DNA from: Spirogloea muscicola
Lineage: Eukaryota
DNA length: 64,000 nucleotides
NCBI GenBank assembly: GCA_009602725.1
Contig: WELB01000007.1
Location: forward strand, 933,295-997,294
Direction of reading: 5' to 3'
The stretch's first letter is position 1. Each line of letters starts with the position of its first letter. Below, one piece after another: positions 55,201 to 64,000 of this stretch. Under the pieces are notes generated by a model. It saw only the letters and a program-made list of their open reading frames with translations, did not search any database and had not been told where the DNA came from. A program made the position numbers and the translations under genes.

Positions 55201-58200
55201 GGACGGGCTGATGTTGACGGTCAGACACAACTGGGGCATCTCTTGCGTCTCTGTATTGAGTACGAGCAAATTACCAAGGTAGCGCCAGCTTATGAGCGTC
55301 AGCCCAGCTTCGAGTCATCCCAGGTACCCAATGACCTTAGTTCTCCTAATTGCTCTATCTTCATAATTTCCTAGATGTGATATCTGTGTCTTAGTTAAGG
55401 CCTCCAGGAATTTCTTCACTTGAAGTTAGTCATCAGATTATGGGCATCAAGCTTGATATCACAGCTTGAGAGCACAGTATGGCAAGATGATGTGCACTTG
55501 CGTTCCTTGACCTCCATGCAGGACACAAATGCAGCGGAGCTCAGCTTAATACTGAAGCCCTTGGCAGCACTGTTGAAGCGAGTTGGTTCTCTTCTAGATG
55601 ATTGGCCAGAACACCCAATCTTGATGCAGCTGGTTGCCATCTCCGAGCGTGTGCTTGGCTTGCCATCAAATGCTCCTCTCATGAAGGTGGGCTTGCACTC
55701 CTGACAGTACTACTATATGCACCTTGTGAGCACATATTGCTGAGCTTGACTACATTGTGAGGTGAATCATGTTATCCGTATCATGATTCATTGATTGAGG
55801 AGGACAATTGAAGCAGATTGCAGGCCAACAGCAAGGAGCTCCACTACGATATTAAGTTCTTTCACCCTCACTGTATCTTATTATATGGTTGCTTTGTCGG
55901 GGTTGAGCTGCCAGAATTGATCAATTGATGGTCTTTTATGCTTGCGGTCTTGTGCCATTGGCGCAGGCATTGGTGGGCCTGGAGCTCCTTGTGGAGAAGG
56001 CCCAGCTCTGGGAGGTTAATGCAGCCAATTTTGTCTCCCTGGCTGGTAAGCTGTAGTAAATTATGCACTGGAGTGCATCACTTATAGAATCACTAGTCAA
56101 GCAAGGAAGGCTATGGAAGCACTGGAATCGCAAACATGCAGGCCTTCATACATCTGCAGGAAGTAGAAGGGGCAGCACTCCCACTAGGACATCTCTTTCT
56201 GTAATTATAAGCAGCTTCATATCATGTGCATCAATTGCTGGCACATATTGAAAGCCCTCACATAAAAGTGTTGTGCACCTGACAGCCGAGCTCGACGAGG
56301 TGTCGTGTATCATAATGAGGTGGCGGAAGCTAGAGCTTGCATCCTGGCCGCTCATGTTGGAGAGCATACGGCGCAAGCATGCGGATGCAGCTGAAAAGGC
56401 ACGTGAACTGAGATGGCGCAAAGCAATCATGTACACTTTGCTCTTGATGCTACCACATACGACTTGCAGTAACATGATGGAAGCTTCTGCGCTTGTGACA
56501 GATGTGGTTCATGCTGTACGACCTCTTACACCGTCCGGTCGGAGAAGATCTAGAGGACTATGTTATGGCCACCATGAGCAGGTCTGAATCCACTCTCTGT
56601 ATCCTTCGCATGGAAGTCCTGGTTGCATCAATCTGGCACATGAGGTCATAATATCACTGTAGTAAAGCTAGACTTGAGCTTCATGTCAACCTCTGGAGAA
56701 TGATAAGGGCTTCAAGCCATGCCCTTGTCTGACTTTGCACACCGTCTTTCCTTTCAGCCTCGAGGAATTTCTACAGACAGCAAGTTATGGGGATTTCAAG
56801 AGGCGTCTGAGGATGCTGCTTGCATTCCATCACCAGCTACTTCAGCAGCTGATGCTTGAGAAGACCACCCCGCGAGAGAGGTACCACAGGAGGTTTACTT
56901 GCCATCATGACCTTGTCACCAAGGCTGTCACTCATGCCCTGTGTATCCATATATATAGCAAGTGTACCATCATATGACGGGATAATTTGTAGGCTACGTG
57001 TGCGCAGAGTTAAATCGCAGTGCCCATGTTGCTCGCAGAAGGCTGCAACAGCAGATTGCAGATGTTCTCTTCAACTTGCACAGCTACTACAGCCAATTTC
57101 TTCCAGAGTGAGTCGTGCTCTGCGCGGCAGCAACCTCCTCATTGATCTGCCATGTGAAATGCTCAAAGAATTTGCCATTGGCGGCTTCCGATGACCGATG
57201 TTCAAGCTGCCTGCAGACTGGAAAACACCTTGGCAGCTGGCACAGGACCGCTTGAGCGAGAACTCAAGGACTTCGTCAGGCTGGCCAAGTGGGAGGACCG
57301 CAACTATTACTCCATGGCTGCTTCTGCAGAGAAGGCCCATCGGAAGCTCCACAAGATCCTCAGAAAATTTGATGTGTGTTTCGCACCATGTATTGCAGCA
57401 TGTTTTCAGTGGTCAAGTAGTTGGGAAGCCTCACGAGGATGTTCTCGCTGGTGTAGCTTAAAAGCTCTTAGCAGGTTTTGTACATGCAAATAATTGTGAA
57501 TTCAACAGAGTGCCGCAGAAGGTAACACATTTGCTGTGCAGTATTGTACTCAGCATGGACAACCTGTCTTGAGCAGGTGCTGCTGAAACAACCCATGCTG
57601 CAGCTTTTGACGAAGTTGTCCCAGAAAGCCGGGCAGTTAGAGATTCTGGATGCCGGCAAGGTCACTCGTACATCAAGTGCTGACAAGGTTCCAACAAGGA
57701 GAGGATCAGCTGATAACTCGGAGGAAAGGTAGCATTGTGTTTGTTATTGAGTGACTTATGTCTATGCCAAAGTTCCTGCTGAATTGGATGATTCTAATCT
57801 ACCTCCAAGTTGCAGAGTGGATGGGTCTGCCAGACTGGGTTGCTCAACATCTTGTGTGTCCTGTCTTGAGCAGGAAAGAGCTTCAAGACATGTTGCGAGG
57901 CTTGACCGAGCAAGTCACAACACTGACATTGAGTAATTATAGTGCTCGTGCTGCTGACAGTATGACAATTATGAAAAGTGGTAAGGTCTTCTGTGAGCAT
58001 GCTGCTTCGAATGCTTATTTGTCCACATTAAGAAGCAATGTCAAGATGCTGTCTTGCATCAAGCTGTTAGACCTACAGGCGCGGTTACTGTTCTCATTGT
58101 CTTTGCAATGCGCTCGTGAAATTTCAAGTGGGTCTGTGCAAGTGCTCTGAACCACAAGTAAGTGGCAAACCTCTCCAGGTCCTTATTATCTGCAGCACCT

Positions 58201-61200
58201 GCCGTCCCTGGTAGCCAAGATGGCGATGCTGCTCAGCGGCAGCGTTCTGAGTCAGGCCGCTGAGCAGCGGCGAGAGGAAGGATACACGTCTTTGGAAGAG
58301 ATAAGCGAGGCTATCATCGAGAGGTCCCAAGCCTTGAAGGAGAAAGAGACGAAGAAGAATGTGAAGAAGAAGGCACTGGTGGACCTGCTGCGGCTGCTGC
58401 GCCAAGTGGGCCTGTCTCACCGCAAGACGTCTGTTCCTCTGGTAAGGCCCTAAGCAACTACTTAGAATCCCAATTTGGGAGTGTAATCAAAGGAAACATT
58501 ATCATGAGATTATTCAAAGTGGGCTTAAATCTGTGCTCACTGGCTCGTACTTGTCGTGTGTTTCCGGCGCATGTTGTACACAGGAGGATAGAGACTCCAG
58601 GACGTGGTACCTGCAGCCGGCAGTGCACGTAGAAGAGGAGATGGCAAGCCTCACTAGTCCTGGCCTTGATGAGCAGCTGGACCTCGGCACCACCGTCCCA
58701 ACAATCTCAGCCACTTTCAGCAGGGCGGACGCATATTACCTGCAGAACATGTGCCTCATCCAAAGCTTGTGGCAAGGGGCTCTCAGCTTCAACAAAGACC
58801 TCAGCCTCCGTGAGGTACACTCACTTTACCATTTATCGTGCTCCTTGAGCTAGCAGGTGCATCCTTGAGCTGCCACGACCCAGAAGCTCAACCAATGTAT
58901 GGGTATGAAAAGCCGTGTTGTATGCCCTCCTGCATATTGCCCATGTGCCTCACTGTCCTCAATCTGCAGGTCGACCTCTCAGTGAAGTACACAGAGCACC
59001 TCCTGCACTGGCAGCAGGCACAGAGACGGAGGATGCTCAAGTTCGCCCATCAGATATCTCAACTTACGGGGCTTGCTGTTACATTGAAAGACCTAGGTGA
59101 GCATAGGATGCTGTTTCTCAAGTCTGTCTGTGGCAATGTGTGAGCGTGGGTGCTTCTTCAGTCAGAGTGTTGTGTGCATTGTGCTACTTCTTGATCACTT
59201 TCATACATTATGTCAAGCAGGTGGTGTGGAAAAATTGCCTTCGCAAGCTCCAGCAATCATCTGGCTTAAACGCCAGAAGGTACTATCAGCATTCATTGCT
59301 CCAAAATTCTGCAAAGACTTATACAGGACTGAATTTACAGGATTCTAGGAGCAGCGAGGGCTACTGTCAGCTATTTGAAATGACACTGATACGGGCCAAC
59401 ATTGTCTGCAGGCCTATTTGGATGCATCAAGCAGCATGCTGCTTGACATGCAATTGCTTATTTCAACAGCTGTAAGATCAGGTGTTATGGCTTCCTCTTA
59501 TGGGCAAAGCTCAGCTCCCTCCATCCTTGCAGTGACATCAGCAGAGAAACTTCTTTTGGACTCCGCTGACAAGATAAGCTCTTGCAAGGTACAGGATCTG
59601 CAGGCAAAGCTGGCAATTGTAGTAAGATCCTTTCAAGCTGATGTGAATTTTATCTAATGTGAATGATAGTCTTTGGCAGTCTTGCCAGTCTTTGCCAAGG
59701 CAGATGCAGGGACAAAGTCCTCACAAGTAACTCTTACTGCAGGATCGTTTGGACAGCGTGCTTTTCGGTGGATCAAGCACGCTCAACACAAGCCGTAAGC
59801 TCCCAACAATTGTGACGCCGGCCATGCGCGACCTGGTCGCTGAGAATTTTCACACGGTGGGCGAGATCCGAGACAGATGGGAGGCAGCCATGCAAGTGGA
59901 GTACGGAAGGAGGAGAGTGATGCCTGGCTGGGAACCCCTCAAGCAAAAGTTGGACGAGGTACACAGCCAGAGGAGTCTGACTACCATGAGTGGCGGTGTC
60001 AACTTATGCAGTGACTTCTGACTTGCACAATTTACTAAGTCGACTCGACAAAAATGTCCGGATCAGCCAACTAAAGTGTCTTGGAAATTAAACAAAGCTT
60101 GAGGTCGTGAAATTGTGAAATTGTTTGTTGTGTCGTATGTGCCCATCTGCTGTCTGCAATGAGGCCATAAAGTTGAAGAGTAGAATAATATGTTTCTCCT
60201 ATGATTAGTGTGCTTGTACACAAGTTTTTGTTTGCAGATTGTGTTGAGTAATCAGGTAATTGAGCCCCGTGTTGGAGCTTCAGAAGATCATCAGGTTGCA
60301 ATCTGAGGCAGCTTAGCCCGTTGGCACTGTCTGTTGCAGGGGTATCGATTGGGGCAAGCCTTTGCAGCCGAGCAGCCTGCTACGCGCGTCCTTGATGGGC
60401 CAGCCGCAGAGAGCCTCTCTGCGGAGTGTGAGCTGGCCATCCAGGACGTACTCAAGGCCACGCAGGCCTTGGTGCGGCTCAACCGGGAGGTCAGCGCTGC
60501 GTCTCCGGTGCAGTCGGAGACCACTGACATCCGGCCATGCCAGGTACCAGAGAAAGGAGGTGTTACTGAAGACTTGGAGAGCAGAGACAGCAGTTTACAA
60601 GAGCAGACTGACATAGACCAGGTGACGCTTGCTGTCGAAGGCACGATCATGAGCTGGTCCACCAGAATCTCGGAGCAGATGGAGGCGCTGCGGCTGGACA
60701 AGGTGGCCTCCGCGGTGGGCAGAACGATTGAGAACCTGGTGAGACCTGAGCTGCTATGGGGTGTTGGTCTGCATGTGCTGGAGATGGATTTGGGCAGTCA
60801 TTCCCGTACCTCCACAAGAAGCACAACACTGGGCCTCCTTGCCTCTGTCAAGCTGGGCAACAAGCTGGGAACCTCTAAGCTGAGGGCGTGCAACATGTTG
60901 TTTGTCTGCCACAGATGTTACTCGGTGTCGGAAGTCACGCCGTCGCTGCGCTGCTGGCCAGCATGCACCACATGCACTACCTGCTCCAGCTGCTGAGAGT
61001 CGCCGCATTGGGCTTGCTGAGAAACTACGCCCGGCTTCACAAAGGCGTGCGTGCACAGTCACACCATGTTTGCCTCATTCTCTGCGCAGTCTCTCATTGT
61101 GTCATGCAAGTTGCAGCAGCAAAGTAGCACTTCGTGTCACAGTGATTGTTGTATCACACTGGTCCGACTGCTATGTCTTATGCATAAGCTACTTATATGC

Positions 61201-64000
61201 CGATGGCTTCCTTCTATCTGCAGACTGCGAAGCTGGGATACGTCCTGGCGAACCTCTTCTGCGCGCTCTTCAAGGACGGCTACTGCACACCGGTGGAGGA
61301 GAAGGCCGGCGACGAGGGTGGCGGGCAAATGGAAGATGCTGGCGGCACCGGCATGGGTGAGGGCCAGGGCAGGAAGGACGTCAGCGACGAAATCGAGGAC
61401 GAGGAGCAGCTCGTTGGAACGGAGGAGAAGGTAAGAAGCATCTCAGCGTGCTTAACATTCTTATGTCAACTTCGTGGGCAGATACCACGTCCTGCAATCC
61501 ACATACATTTCTTCTGATTATGGATGATGATCACCTGACTTCCTGACTTGCAGGGGAAGGAGAAGCAGGAGCACGAGGAACCTAAGTCCGATGCCAAGGA
61601 CAAGAAGGGGATCGAGATGGAGCAGGACTTTGATGGAGAGCTCTTTGACATCAGCTCCGACGAATACGAGGAGCATGAGGCAGAGGAGGAGGACGATGAT
61701 GAGCCGCAGCAGCTGGACCAAGAGATGGGCAACAACGGCGGCGAGGACGAGGAAGTGGTTGATGAGAAGCTATGGCGTGAGGGCGACGACGAGGGCGACG
61801 GACAGGAGGAGGGGGGGGAGGAGAAGTTCGAGAAGGACGCGCCCGTGTCGGGCGTGGATGAAGACCAGGTGGAGTACCGGGCTAAGCAGGAGCAGGAGGA
61901 GGAGGAGGAGAGGGAGGAGGACGGGAGGGGCGAACAGGGCACGAAGGGAAAGAGGGAGGAGCGGGAGGCTGCGGGGCAGGAGGAGGAGGGAGGGGCGGAG
62001 GCAGGAGGCGAAAACAGTCCCGATGAAGTGGACGAGGATGAAGCTGGGGACGCGGCCGGTCAGGAGACGGAGGAGTCTCACCGGATCCAGCCCAGGGTGG
62101 AGGAGGACCTGGAGCTGAAGGAGGACATGGACCTGGATGGCAGCGAGGAGGGGGAGGATGCTGAGGAAGGCGGCGAGGAGGGCGCCGAGCAGCAGCAGGA
62201 GCGCCCCGAGGACGATCAGAATGCCGAGAGAATGGCCGAGGAGGACGGCGGAAAGGAGGAGGGAGGGAAGGGAGGTGCATCTGACGAGCCGCCGCAGGAT
62301 GAGACAGGGGACAAGGACGTTGAGGAGGTGGGCGAGAGGGAGAAGCAGCTGAGCGTGGAGGAGGAGCCGGAGGAGGACGCGGGTGACGTGGAGGAGGCTG
62401 TGCATGCGGAGCTGGAAAGGGCCAGAGCACCGGGGCCGGCGCCCGCCGAGGACGTGAAGGTCGACAGTGCGCTGGTGCCGGCCTTCCAGCAGGCCCTGCA
62501 GGACTCTCGAAAGGCCGGGGAGGCTGCCGCGGGCGTGAGCTCCGGGTCTCACAGCCAGCTGCAGGCATCGCAGGCGCAGCCAGTGCCGGTCGAGCAGCAG
62601 GAGGTGGCCAAAGCTGCGCAAGGGGAGCCGGCCGCTGCCCAGGAAGAGCAGCGGCAGAGCCTCTCGAGGTCGACACGAGGGGAGGAGACGGTGCAGCCGC
62701 AAGGCGAGGCGGAGGAGCGGAGGGCGGCGGGCGAGGCGGAGGAGCGGAAGCGCCTCGACGCAAATCCGAACCGCAGCCTCGGAGACATCCTGCGGCAGTG
62801 GCAAGAGCAGGTGCAGCTTCTGGGCGGCGCAGAGGAGGCGAGAGAAGGGGATGCTGGAGTGGCGGAGGAGGAGGAGGAGCAGGACGGCGACTGCGACACC
62901 GATTACCGGCAGTCGAAGGAGTATGAGTATGTGGGCAAGCAAGAGGTGGGTGGGGATCAGGCGCTGGGCGCAGCTACGGAGGAGCAGCTCCTCCAAGAGC
63001 GGCACCGGCGGAACGACGGCCTTGACAAGGAGATGGACGGTGCGCAGCGGCCTGCCGAAGTCCTCGCAGAGGAAGCCACGGAGGTTACAATGGAGGAGGC
63101 TGTGACTAAGCCCGAGCCACAGAAGCGCAGCGGCAGACTGCTCGGCAAGTCCACTATTGACCAGGACGATGAACTCAGAGCAGACGGTCTCTCACCTGAC
63201 GATGAAGTCGATGAGTACGACTACGATGTGGAGATGGAGGAGGAGGAGGCTGCAGATGGTAGCCGCGAGGCGCCGGCCGTGTCGAGCTTTGTGGCTGTCC
63301 GCCAGATGAGTGCTCTGGAGGAAGCTGCGCCCAGGCTGTCGGAGCAGGATGCGCAGGAGGTCCGAAGAGACGTGGAGCATGAGGTCTACCAGTGGCAGAG
63401 TGGGGGCGAGGAGCAGGGGCTGCGCATGGAGCGAGGTCGGGCAGCCTGGCAGCACCTGGAGCAGCTGACAGGCCGGCTGGCCATGGAGCTCGCCGAGCAG
63501 CTGCGGCTTATCCTCGAGCCGACGCTGGCCACGAAGCTGGCCGGGGATTACCGTACGGGCAAGCGCATCAACATGAAGAAGGTGCGAGCCACCTCTTAGT
63601 GATGCTTGTGCCCGATGTGAGTTAAAATTAGTTAAGAATAGTTAAGTAAAGCTACGATTTTTTCCCAGGTCCTTGTGTACTCCTGGAACAGACTGCAATT
63701 GCAAGACTGAGTACTTGTAGCTGCTACCCCTAAGCTCTTAGCAAAGCTTCTGCTTGGTGGGGGATGTTGTTCCGAAGCAAGTGCTTATTTTCATATGTCA
63801 TATTTTTGCTGCATTCAGGTGATTCCTTACATAGCCAGCCAGTTCCGGAAGGACAAGATATGGCTACGGAGGACCAAGCCGAACAAGCGGGACTATCAGG
63901 TCCTCTTGGCCATTGACGACTCGAGGTCCATGGCGGAGACGCGGTGCGGCCACCTGGCTCTGGAGGCCATGGCCACGATCGCCAAGGGACTGGGGCAGCT
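31253..64000 (+). CDS. MDN1: Midasin / Rea1 AAA-ATPase (60S ribosome maturation), very many exons, incomplete at both ends
   Basis: Six Walker A motifs: GPSGVGKS (~33000), GETGTGKT (~36001), GPTSSGKT (~38960), GDTGTGKT (~41383), GSPGIGKT (~44393), GPAASGKT (~46373). Matching LDEINLA/LDELNLA and ATMNPGGD/LRNRF motifs, a long linker, a D/E-rich exon (~61554-63580), and the MIDAS domain start GDYRTGKRINMKK|VIPYIAS..AIDDSRSM. Confidence 0.97.
31480..31557 (+). mobile_element. Possible highly decayed 3' end of the same retrotransposon group inside an MDN1 intron
   Basis: Reads ...SDHHVLTRSY* with nucleotide GCTGACTCGTAGTTACTGAG, matching the family motif. CTTGCCCATTGGG at ~31723 resembles the C-type 3' UTR. 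Confidence 0.35.

Noticed and set aside
61466..63455. Long antisense ORFs (411 aa, 293 aa)
   Set aside because: They are shadows of the low-complexity D/E-rich midasin exon.

Overview
GC-rich, intron-dense eukaryotic nuclear DNA from a green plant lineage. Plant-type genes and intron positions suggest a streptophyte alga, but this is an inference. Host genes in order: an RWP-RK (RKD-like) transcription factor (5' end outside the window), a GT64 glycosyltransferase (EPC1/GMT1-like), tRNA-Pro(UGG), POLD3, an EPSP synthase lacking its 5' part, TIM10, VPS35 (with a U12-type intron), isopropylmalate isomerase small subunit, and a >32 kb midasin (MDN1) gene running off the right end. The unusual DNA lies in two islands, about 5.8-12.3 kb and 16.7-18.5 kb. 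They are built from several subfamilies of a CRE-like non-LTR retrotransposon (C2H2 finger, reverse transcriptase, restriction-like endonuclease). These subfamilies have repeatedly inserted into one another, with readable target-site duplications (TSDs). They share a C-terminal LLTRxY-stop motif, a GGGCTG/CAGCCC hairpin whose loop may form a covarying pseudoknot, and a CACTT(CTT)n 3' tail. Exon boundaries were read by eye, and family assignments come from motif recognition, not database searches.
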